Part shown: piece after piece, positions 10,101 through 20,224 of the stretch
Numbering within the stretch: position 1 is the first letter of the stretch
Layout: every line of letters begins with the position of its first letter
Assembly (NCBI RefSeq): GCF_947568905.1
Contig: NC_079166.1
Span: 90,706,001-90,770,000 of the forward strand
DNA from: Ostrea edulis
Lineage: Eukaryota
Length of the DNA stretch: 64,000 nt
Reading direction: 5' to 3'
Notes under the pieces: model-generated
The model's input: the letters and a program-made list of their open reading frames with translations, nothing else
Databases searched by the model: none
Told to the model about the DNA's origin: nothing
Translations under genes and position numbers: made by a program

Positions 10101-12503
10101 AGTATAGACAAATATGCTGTATCTACATACACATGATTGTGAATACCAAGTAAGCTGCATACAACATTGACCACCAGCTATAAGATTTTTATGGTGTAAA
10201 TATTTACTAAACTGGACTGTAAATGTATTCGGGTATTAACATACCGTTGTAATCTTTGCTTGGAACATATTTGCTTTCAGTCGTTGTGGTGGGAATCGTG
10301 CTAGTAGTTGGATATTCACACGATCCGTTAGTACCTGCAAAACATGAATAGTTATAGTAATTAGATATTCATGAAAAGTGAAGATAACGAACAGTAATCA
10401 ATCTCATAACTCCTACAAGCAAAACAAACTATATTGTTGGGCAAACACGGACCACTGGACACTCCAGAGGTGGGATCAGGTGCCTAGGAGTAGTAAGAAT
10501 TCCCTGTCGACCGGTCACACCCGCTGTGAGCCTTAAATCCTGATCAGATAAATGGAGCTATCCGTAATCAAAACCAGCGTCCCAAATATTCATAAACACA
10601 ATGAAATGTGTCTGATTTTCCTCCGAGCCGCTACTACCTATTACACATCAGTAGCGGGGCGATGTCTCTACTGACTAAAGCGCGCGAAATAATCCGAGCT
10701 AAATCTAACCTTAATCTAAACGATTAAAAAATAGCACCATTTCCAAAATCCCTTCGTCAACAGTAGCGGATATCTCATTCACACTTTGAACTAAGATTGT
10801 GAACTTACGTGGATTGTCGCCCCAATCTTATAGTATCGTAACTCTAAAATGCCGTGTACCATTAGGCCTAGCATTTAACGAATTGCAATATTGATAAAAG
10901 GCAGGGCAAGACAATTTGTGGCGTAATGTCTACGCTTTTGTACGTCATAAAGGAAGAAGCATTGTCTATGAGAAGCAGTGTATTTTGGATATTTGACAGT
11001 GTAAGTAACGGTCCCCTTTTTACCAACACATGTAAGGTTTATGGCCGGATACCCATTATAGCTATCATTTCCTTACGATTGCTAAACATTGTACTCAATA
11101 GGATGAAAACAAAACAGCGATCAATGTTAAATTCTGTTCTTCCTGTAACGATTGCAAAATTTAAAGACGTACAAATACGAACCCCTAGACACATCAAAGG
11201 CTTGGTCATGTGCCGAGGAGTAAACATCCCCTACTGACAGGTTACATCTAACATGAGTTATTTATCTCGATCAGATAAAATACGTCAAGCTGACATGATC
11301 TTTATACAGCGGCTGATTGTGGTTGCACAATGCTCCATTTACCCGATCGGGATATAGGGATCACGGCAAACGCAGCCGGTTGACGGGAATGTTTCCTTCT
11401 CCCGGGCGCCCGATCCCGACTCCCATGTGTTTAGGGGTCCGTGCTTGCCATGCTTTTTATTTTTTGGGAGTTGTTGATTGGTCGCAGTTCCTTATGACGG
11501 TATATGTTGTAAATGAAAAAGTTAAAAAAAAATAGCCATTATCACATGATAGACATGTTCTCGTACATTGTCATCGTGTTATCATTTTTTTTATGCATAC
11601 CAAAGCAGATTCTCTCGGGACAGGCGTTTGATGCTGGCAGACAGTATACGTAATGTGTCCCACAGTTCTTTATTTGGATTTCATATGTTCGCGAACAACA
11701 ATGAGAAAATCCAGTTTTACAAAGTTTTTCTGTGACGATACCATCTCCAAAAGTCGGCAACGATCCTGAATTATGAATGCAGTACATTACATTATAGTGA
11801 AGTTTAAGAGGCAAAACCTTCAGAGACTTTACATACCTTACCTTTTAACTTTCTCTTATCTGTAAGTTATATAAGTATCACTGAGCTACTGAGGCTGGTA
11901 AAGAAAATTAGATTAGTCATTCGTGTATTTTCTATCATTTCTTGATGATAATTGAGAATGAATGACAAAAATAAATTCAATGCATCTCCATTTATGAAAA
12001 TAACATGCTTGTGTAGATATTTATACAAGCCCATCTAGATCTATATTTATACACAGACTAGATTTGTAATGGTTGTATATAAATCAGTACTAAACCATTA
12101 CACCCTTTTCGCAATGTACCATAAATCACAGTGTTTACACATTTTGTAATTCATGTAATATAAACACGGTTAAACCAGATTGGATATCGTGTTGCCTTTA
12201 GTATTGTAAAGCTGGAGGTCAATAAAACTATATCGAGCCAAATGAGAAGAGGAAAACAAACCAGTTGCAATACACCTTCGTTTTAGATTACAAGACAACA
12301 GGTCTGAACATGAATACCGTTAAACCAGACTGTATACACCGCTCCACAGCTTAGACGGTCTGGACACTGGTTAAGTATCGGGTTGTCTGCCTCGTACCAT
12401 CCCGGCGTGATGTATCTGTCACAAGGTGAATGTACACCGTCATGTTTACAGTTCTCTGTTCTAGCGTAGGGTTCAAAGAGAGTACCGGCCTGCGTACAGG
12501 GAT
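7199..12503 (-). CDS. Gene C (partial): single D8C domain, Thr-rich stalk, transmembrane protein
   Basis: AG/GT-bounded exons: 12503-12318 (DPCTQAGTLFEPYART..CDRYITPGWY..CGAVYTVWFNG), 11765-11601 (GSLPTFGDGIVTEKLC..KNCGTHYVYCL..CPERICFG), 10334-10245 (GTNGSCEYPTTSTIPTTTTESKYVPSKDYN), 7295-7199 (DLKSKYIVAIVTVVLLVAVISVVTVVIIFYVYK). Phases join. Signal and tail exons not identified. Confidence 0.85.
8664..9460. mobile_element. Internally deleted Kolobok-type DNA transposon
   Basis: TTAA on both sides (8660-63, 9461-64) and ~15-bp imperfect TIRs (ATGGAAAGGCAACTC vs reverse-complement AGGGAAAGGCAGCCC). Minus strand has a THAP-like remnant (MPSCQAVNYTN..IPD..), plus strand has a PYRFE remnant. Confidence 0.65.
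9590..9785. mobile_element. Penelope-like UTR fragment with a second, inverted copy nested inside
   Basis: The minus copy (~9641-9748) interrupts a plus copy. The paralog at 56750-56860 is uninterrupted. Confidence 0.75.
10371..10585 (-). mobile_element. Penelope-like 3' UTR fragment
   Basis: ATGAAAAGTGAAGATAACGAACAG..CACACCCGCTGTGAGCC. Confidence 0.85.
11320..11495 (+). mobile_element. Divergent (GC-richer) Penelope-like 3' UTR subfamily fragment
   Basis: CCCGATCGGGATATAGGGATCACGG..GGGGTCCGTGCTTGCC. Paralog at ~60640-60810. Confidence 0.65.
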
Positions 12504-12780
12504 CTTAATGAAGATAAAACAAAGAAAAGAAAGACCATAGGGATCTAAGAGAATAACATCACACATATGCAACAACCGAGGAGAACGACAATTTCTTCTC
12601 TGCATTCTCAATAAAGAAATTATTCTTATGTTGATTAAATCAAAGAACTAAAACATACGCCATTTGTCTGTTACGACTCTATTCGACTATTGACGGTATC
12701 TAAAAATAAAGATTAGTGTCGCACAGAAATCTGTGGGAAAATGTGCACATTGCATATAACGAGGAAACAATTATTCTAAA

Positions 12781-13262
12781 AGTGAGTTAATTAAGTACAC
12801 AGACGCTCTGGCAAACATGTGGGCTAATTAAGTACACAGAGACTCTGACAAACATGTGAGTTAATTAAACACATAGAGGCTCTGACAAACATGTGAGTTA
12901 ATTAAGTACACAGAGACTCTGACAAACATGTGAGTTAATTAAACACATAGAGGCTCTGACAAACATGTGAGTTAATTAAGTACACAGAGGCTCTGACAAA
13001 CATGTGAGTTAATTAAGTACACAGAGGCTCTGACAAACATGTGAGTTAATTAAGTACATCGAGACTCTGACAAACATGTGAGTTAATTAAGTACACAGAG
13101 GCTCTGACAAACATGTGAGTTAATTAAACACATAGAGGCTCTGATAACCATGTGAGTTAATTAAGTACACAGAGGCTCTGACAAACATGTGAGTTAATTA
13201 AGTACACAGAGGCTCTGACAAACATGTGAGTTAATTAAGTACACAGAGGCTCTGACAAACGT
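12781..13262. repeat. 37-bp minisatellite, ~13 copies
   Basis: Unit GAGTTAATTAAGTACACAGAGGCTCTGACAAACATGT, no spacers. Confidence 0.95.
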
Positions 13263-13295
13263 GAATCTGATGGACAGATGACCAGGCATACATAA

Positions 13296-14035
13296 TTCAT
13301 TCAAAAACTTCTACCTGAGAAGAAAGAAAGCTCTTGTTGTAGCTTTTAATTCGACAGGTAAATGTATCGACGACTTTTTACTTGTAACCAATACTAATTT
13401 TCATACATACGTCGAGTCGAAACTCGAAATGAAATACATCACAGAGTCGTCCGACTTTGCTTCATGCTTAGATATTTTATTGAAAGTAGATGATAATGGC
13501 AAACTAGCAACTCAACTTTATGACAAATCCGATGATTTCAATTTCCCCATCGTCAACTTCCCATATTAATGTGCCAATGTTCTATATGGTGTTTCTATGT
13601 CTAAAATGATTTCATATGCAAGAGGTTGTTCGATGTAGTGTCAGTTTTTAAATCGAGTCAGGATATTGCGAAATAAGTTGATGACGCAATGGTTTCAACA
13701 CTCTCGTTGAAAGTCAGCATTTCGTAAACTACAATGTTGTTATCATGATGTAGTTAACCAACACATCCTATCATTGAGTCAAAATGTTGTCTGACGTCTT
13801 TCATACCGATTGTTAGGCTATTCTTGTCACACTGATTTTGAATACGGATAACTCCGTGTACCTGATCAAGATATAGTACCCATGGCGGATGTGACCGGTC
13901 GACAAGGGATGCACACTTTTCAAAGGGATGTTATCTCACCTTTTGTTTGTCCAGGGATCCATGTTTGCCCACGTCTCTATTTTGTATTGGTTAGAGGAGT
14001 TATGGGATTGATTACTGTTCGCTATCTTCACATTT
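13296..14035 (+). mobile_element. Decayed Penelope-like RT fragment plus 3' UTR
   Basis: TTCATTCAAAAACTTCTA (FIQKLL), CAACTTTATGACAAA..ATCGTCAACTTCCCA (QLYDK..IVNFP), with frameshifts. Confidence 0.8.
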
Positions 14036-14164
14036 CTCCACAATTCAAGACCCGAATACATATTCATTAAATCAAAACAATAGAAAATAAAGCTGAAATA
14101 CAGCACTAATGCTACTTCAGACAATGTATCTGCGATCACATAACATCGTATATGCATTTGATAT

Positions 14165-14265
14165 ATGCAAGGTGAAGATAACGAACAGTGATCAATCTCA
14201 TAACTCCTACAAGCAATACAAATTAGATAGTTGGGCAAACACGGACCCCTGGACACACCAGAGGT
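14165..14265 (-). mobile_element. Penelope-like terminal fragment
   Basis: ATGCAAGGTGAAGATAACGAACAG..GGACACACCAGAGGT. Confidence 0.85.
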
Positions 14266-15174
14266 GTATTATCTTTGTAAAGTCGGTTGTTGTTCTATTA
14301 TTTACATTTTCATTTCATTTTTTGTCAGAATCACTGTGGTGAAATGGACTTTCATTTTAATTTGTAAATATGTCAAACTCGAAAAATGTTTGAAATGTAA
14401 GAATAATATTAAATATCGCCTTGATTAATTATGCATTTAACACATGGCATTAATACCGAGGTACTGACTGATAGAAAGCCAATATAGGAGAACTGTTAAT
14501 GTTAGTCACTCCCTTCAACGCAATTGAAAGGGTAAATTGAAATTTGATTCTCGCTATTAATCGATTGGTTGAATATTTCCTAATAAGACATTTGAAAATG
14601 AGGATGGAATTACAGAAAAAATAAGAACATGTGAGAAATTATTCATGCAGCCTTTTGTTGAGTTTACCGAATTTATCCGAATCGTTAATGTATTTGTAAT
14701 AATGAAATAGACACTTTGCATTAAACGTACATTGAAATAACAAATAAATCACGCGTGTGCAACAACTTGGGAGAAAGATTTTTTTGCCTTCCCAATGAAC
14801 AAATGATTCACATGTTGATGAAATCAAAGAACTAAGACATACGCTATTTGTCTGTTACATGTACAACTCTATTCGACTATTGACGATATTTCAAAATAAA
14901 GATCAGTGTCGCACAGAAGTCGGGAGGAAAATGTAGACATCGCTATTGTTGAAAATAATAAATTTGTCCTAAAAGCGAATTCATGAGACACATATAGGCT
15001 CCTACAAAGAAAGATCGGGCGGACAGTTGACCAGACATAGATAAGTTTACAAAAAATTCTACATATATAATTTTCCATCATATGAATATTAAAAGAAGAA
15101 TAGAGTGTTGGGGAATTTAAACTAAAATTTATATGGACAACAGTTAAAAGCGAAAGCGGTCATTTTTATAAATG

Positions 15175-15530
15175 CAAAGATGAAAAGTGTAAATAACAAA
15201 GAGTTACCAATCTCATAACTCCTATAACCAATACAAAAGAAAGTGTTGGGTAAACATGGATCCCTGGACAAACAAGAGGTGAGATAACGTCCCTATGAAA
15301 AGTATGCATCCCTTGTCCACCTGTCACACCCGCCATGAACCCTATATCTTGATTAGGTAAACGTTGTTACTCGTGGTCAAAATCATTGTGCCACGAACGG
15401 CCTAGCAATAGGCATAAAGCACGTCAGACAGCATTTGTCCCAGGATAGGTTCTATTGGTAAACTAGATCATTATAACAACCATAACATTTGCGAAATGTT
15501 GAATTTAAACCAGATTGTTGAAACCCCTGT
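15175..15530 (-). mobile_element. Decayed Penelope-like 3' fragment
   Basis: AATCTCATAACTCCTATAA..CACGTCAGACAGCATTTG..CTAGATCATTATAAC. Confidence 0.7.
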
Positions 15531-15714
15531 AACACGAACTTGTTTGTCAGCATACGTGTTAAAGCAGGCAGTTCATGAAAATGTAAATCTTTGGGCCGAT
15601 GGAGATATTTCCCAGAATGACACAGGTCAAAATGTAATCATGGAACCAAAAGCTACAGAAAATACTGACTTCAATAAAAACATTCCAGATTTGAATATCC
15701 CTGCAAGGTGTGTG

Positions 15715-15855
15715 TGTGTGACCGGTATGCTTACTCCTCTTAGGCACCTGATCCCACATCTGGTGTGTCCAGGTGTCCGTGTTTGCCCAACAATCAATTT
15801 TGCAATGCTTATAGGAGTTATGAGACTGATTACTGTTCGTTATCTTCAGCTTGCA
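15715..15855 (+). mobile_element. Penelope-like 3' UTR fragment
   Basis: GTGACCGGTATGCTTACTCCTCTTAGGCACCTGATCCCAC..TTATCTTCAGCTTGCAT. Confidence 0.8.
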
Positions 15856-16886
15856 TATGCACTTGGATACGAACTCTTTTATAGCCTGCATAATTATAGC
15901 AATACTTTGTCATATTACAAGTGATTCATTTCAAATTCCTATTCATGTTATAAAATCATTAGCAATACACGGATATATCAGATGTAGGTTAAGAAGCATG
16001 GGAGGAGTAAACATTCTCTATTGACAAGTCAGATCAATCGAGAGCTCGAAGCGAGTCAACAAATTAAGAATTTAAATGAAAAATATTTTAGATATTTACG
16101 TTATAATGATGATATACGTACAATTCAAAGTCGAGAAAAAGATCTTGGACAATTGAAGCTTTTTAAAAAACCGAGTAAATCAATCATTTGTAACAACCAA
16201 CGAAAAAGACGACTTCTTTTCTGATTTTTATGAGCACTGATCCATGTGTTCCCTATCAATTGTTAAGTCGTTCTTAACACTGTTATTTTGACTACGAATT
16301 ATTCCATTTTCCTAATCAAGATATAGAGTTTACGGTGGGTATGATCGGTCATTTAAGCAAGGCTTCTTACTCGTCCCTGGTACCCTGATTCAACCCGCGG
16401 TATGTCCATGTGGCTGCTTTTGTCCTACTCACATTTTTGAATTCTGTATAGGATTTATGAGATTGAACGCAGGTGTCGATGAAATTAAAGTACTTGAATA
16501 TATCCTGATTGTGTGTTGCAGTTTGGTCCAGGAGTTGTGGTTATATCAGTGATTCACAGAAAAGAGCATAGAAATATAGACATTGTGTATTATTTGAAAA
16601 AGTAGATTAAAGTTAAAAGGACCTGATCAAGAAGATTGTAAGTCAGACAAATGCATCGTTCCTTGTCGTCCCTCCGAGAAACATTCAGAAAGACGGATAC
16701 TATCCCTCCAAAGAAAATATTGACAAAACAGAAGTTGTCCTTCCACAAAGACACAGATATACAAATAGGTTATCCGTTCATTGAGACAGTGACAACGACA
16801 ATAACTGAACCTCCCAAAGTTCACAACACTATATATCAGCACTGTTCTGTTGATTAAGAGTGTGAAGAAGTATGGTTTCTTTAAGC

Positions 16887-18430
16887 ATGCAAGGTGAAGA
16901 TAACGAACAGTGATCAATCTCATAACTCCTACAAGCAATACAAAATAGATAGTTGGGCAAATACGGACCCCTGGACACACCAGAGGTGGGATCAGGTGCC
17001 TAAGAGGAGTAAGTATCCCCTGTTGACCGGTCACACCCGCCGTGAAGCCCCATTTCCTGATCAGGTAAACGGAGTTATCCGCAGTCAAATCAGTGTGCCA
17101 AGAACGGCTTAACAATCGGTATGAAACACGTCAGACAGCATTTGACCCAATGCGAGGTTGTATTGACGAACTAGATCGTTATAACGACCATAGAATTTGC
17201 GAAATGCTGACTTCAATCGAGACTGTTGAAATCCCTGTACCATCAACTTGTTTGTCAGTAGCTTACCTCGATTTAAAAACTTACTATACCCAGAACAAGC
17301 TCTTGCATATCGAATCAGTTGAGATATATAAACACCATATGCAGGTGATAATGGAATATTGCTACATAAATGTGGGAAGTTGACGATGGAGAAGCTGAAA
17401 TCATCCCGTTTGTCATACAGTTGAGTTGTCAGTTTGCCGTTAATGTCTACTTTCAATAAAATATCTAAGTATGAAGCAGAAGTGGACGACTCTGTGGTGT
17501 CCTTTATTTCGAGCTCACAGGGATATATCAAATCGACATATGAATGAAAGCTATCATTGTTAATAGACAAAACGTCATCGATATATCTAAAAGTCGAATT
17601 GAAGGTCACAGCGAGAGATTTTTTCTTCTCACGTAGAAGTTTTTGAATAAATTCTGCTTCATATGAATATAAAAACAGGTCAGCTAACAAAGGAGCACAA
17701 TTCGTGCCCATGGGAATTCCAACAGACTGTTGGAAGACCTGATCACCAAAGACCACGAAGATATTGTCAATGAGGAACTCTAGCATATTTTTTATTTCAA
17801 CTTCAGAGTACTTGTGCGTGGAATCAGAGTGGTGTTTAACAAAGTAAGTTTTTGAATGACTGATCACTAGATATGAATATTTCCGTTTTCCGTTTTTGTT
17901 GAAGAAACAACTGTCTATGATGTCAAAAAGTCAAGTCTTTAATTTATCGTGAGGATGGTCGTGTATAGTGTTGAAAAATTATAGGTTTTAATGCTATTGA
18001 TTAGGGAAAAATTCTGTGATTTCAAGTTTACTAAAAGTTCTTTAGAATTTTTTAGAATCCACATTTGATTAACACCACTTCTGGCATATGTAGTCGCACA
18101 GTAAGTTTGAAGTTTCTCCTTCACAGCTGTTAACATTTTTGTGAGGAGCAAAGATAGGGGATTGGTAGAGCACTTACTAGATCCAGCAATGTATCTTTGT
18201 TTGTAAGGGTTTTTATGTAGTTTAGGAATCCAGTATAGGTACGGTAACTCATATTCATTCGACCTATTGACTGGAATATTAAATGTGTCTAAAACTGAAG
18301 CATGGTTTTGAAGAATTTCGTCTTTTGAAAGGGCAGTTGGAGTATAAGTATGATTACCAAAGGTGGAATTAATGCAAAGTTCGTTTAAAATACAGTTGTA
18401 GTAATGAGCCTAACAAACAAAGACAATCAA
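16887..18430 (-). mobile_element. Penelope-like retroelement, 5'-truncated, RT pseudogene
   Basis: LPYLYWIPKLHKNPYKQRYIAG, FSTLYTTI, GIPMGTNCAPLLADLFL and FRYIDD motifs. 1-nt deletion near 17953 and in-frame TGA near 17935. The ORF stops at ..VFHTDC* (17109) and is followed by a ~220-nt UTR, with no GIY-YIG after the RT. Confidence 0.92.
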
Positions 18431-18849
18431 AAAAAAAATGGACATATTATATTGTAAATACATTATGCAGTGATAAATTGTACACTCTGGGAGAGAATTT
18501 ATGTACAGAATACAAAAGAAGTCCGAAAGGGATATTGATTTTAGCGTTTTTATTTTTGATGAAAGTAGAGTTTATAATATATTGATGATTACTGTCACGA
18601 TATTATTAGAAAATATACTAGTTGATAAGAATGAATAATGATAAAATCTGTATAGTAATAAAGTTCACAACGTGCTTTAAAGGGATGCTTGGTAAAAATA
18701 TCTTTATCTCTTGTTTTCATGGAAATTTAAAAGTAGTGTCTAGAAATCATGTAGTCCCGGAAGCATTATCGAAGTATGATCGTTCCTTAATGAGTCAATA
18801 GCACGAGAAAAGAAAACAAATTGTATTGGCACCATAAAAGGTTTAGATT

Positions 18850-19198
18850 ATGACCCCTGGGTCGAGGCTTCTGCTGGTGGACTGTTAGTCCCCGAGGGTC
18901 TCTACAGCGCAGTAGCTAAGCACTTCGTTACTAGCTTGAAAATACGGATGTATGTTTAATTGCTGTGATAAAATTTAGAAATTCATTTCAAAATTAAGGA
19001 TTATCTCCCTCATACATAGCTCTTATCCTTAGACGAATTTGACTTCACTTTTTGGCACTCTGTTTTTCCCTATAATAGTTCTAGCAAGTTTATCATTATT
19101 TCGGATTTCAATCATTTCGGTTGAGCATCACTGAAGAGACATTATTTGTCGAAATGCGCATCTGGTGCATCAAAATTGGTACCGTATAAGTTTTACAT
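18850..19198 (+). mobile_element. Retrozyme copy R2 (one ~350-nt unit)
   Basis: Body ATGACCCCTGGGTCG..GGACTGTTAGTCC..; ends with an intact hammerhead and CCGTATAAGTTTTACAT. Confidence 0.9.
19125..19168 (+). ncRNA. Minimal type I hammerhead ribozyme (intact core)
   Basis: Stem I GCAUCA/UGGUGC, core CUGAAGA, stem II GACA-UUAUU-UGUC, GAAA, stem III AU-GCGC-AU. Predicted cleavage after AUC at 19162. Extension UUGA/UCAA and CGGU/ACCG. Confidence 0.9.
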
Positions 19199-20224
19199 AC
19201 CAAATAGTTTTTTACAATGTGCTTACATAATGTTAAATATGATTAGCGGGATAAACATAAATAATTAACTGGTTATACAAATATATTCATAACCACTTTA
19301 AATGTGTTAGTGGTCAGTGGAAGCAGATTGAAAATGTATTTCAATTTAGTCTGAATAAAATGTCGTAAAAGCTTTGCAAGTTACCGTAACTGTGAATTAT
19401 TTCTTGCATATTACAATAATAATTCTAATGATAATATTAATATCAATGGTAATATAATTTCCATATCGCGTTACATGAAACAAATGACTATAAAATTACA
19501 TAAATAAAAGACAATACTTAAGATAAATAGCAAAAAGGTTTTCTTTGTTATTTTGTTGTACCGAGCACTATGAAGATTACTAGTAATCAACGAAATAAAA
19601 CATTAAGAAAATTTAGAAAAATGCATTCATAACAATGCAATGGGTATACTGAAATCAGGTTTCTGTGTGCCATATAATAAATGTACCTTTATCAAAACGA
19701 AATCAAATCTTAAATCTTCAAGGGTATTCCCCAAATACGTGGATCGTAATTTAAATGCCAATCGTCGATAACTCAGTGGGTGGACACAAAGAAGCATGCA
19801 CAATTGCATTCTTCTAAATATCGCTAGTATAGTGTTCCTTGCATGCATTACCACAATGTGATCAAGAGAGCAAACGATGACATTGCAGACGGTTTACAGA
19901 AATTTAAAGGTAAAATAGTTTGGTCTATATTATTTTGAGGATGATATTCCCCGGTTTTTATGTAATTGGTCTGCGTTTATTTCATTTAAATCAGTGCATT
20001 TCGATTTATTGACAAATATTGGATATTATTTCTATTTCAGCAAGATTACTCTGACTACCACTGTTTATATTGATCTCTAGCGAATCTATAAAAAGAAAAC
20101 GTTCAGACTTCAATTAACGTTTTAAATCCCATGTAACATAATCATTATTATTGATGGATATTTCTTGAGATAGAAACAGATTTTTACTGAGTAGTATGTT
20201 CATCGTCCTGTATCTTGATAAGGA

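Larger units (their letters stand above)
1..12540. repeat. Segmental duplication, copy 1 (paralogous to ~48472-61860)
   Basis: Collinear anchors: 1<->48472, 3554<->52191, 7199<->55156, 11601<->60921, 12318<->61639. Many substitutions and copy-specific insertions. May extend left of the window. Confidence 0.95.

Noticed and set aside
9950-10177. Possible alternative terminal (secreted or GPI) exon of gene C after a 67-nt intron
   Set aside because: An AG is present in both paralogs, but the translations diverge and change length. A convincing TM exon exists at 7199-7295.
12781-13262. 37-bp (and 36-bp at 34478) direct repeats as a CRISPR array
   Set aside because: Units are contiguous with no unique spacers, there are no cas genes, and the context is eukaryotic.
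16627-17383. Recurrent short ORFs (MAGVTGQQG.., MKITNSDQSH.., MCQERL..) seen many times in the ORF track
   Set aside because: Translations of the Penelope UTR or of the RT antisense strand. They recur because the repeat recurs.
17930-17940. In-frame TGA in the Penelope RT as selenocysteine (some Naiads are selenoproteins)
   Set aside because: It lies in KLKT*LFD, where I would expect Arg rather than Cys, next to a frameshift in a decayed copy. A nonsense mutation is simpler, and no SECIS was recognisable.
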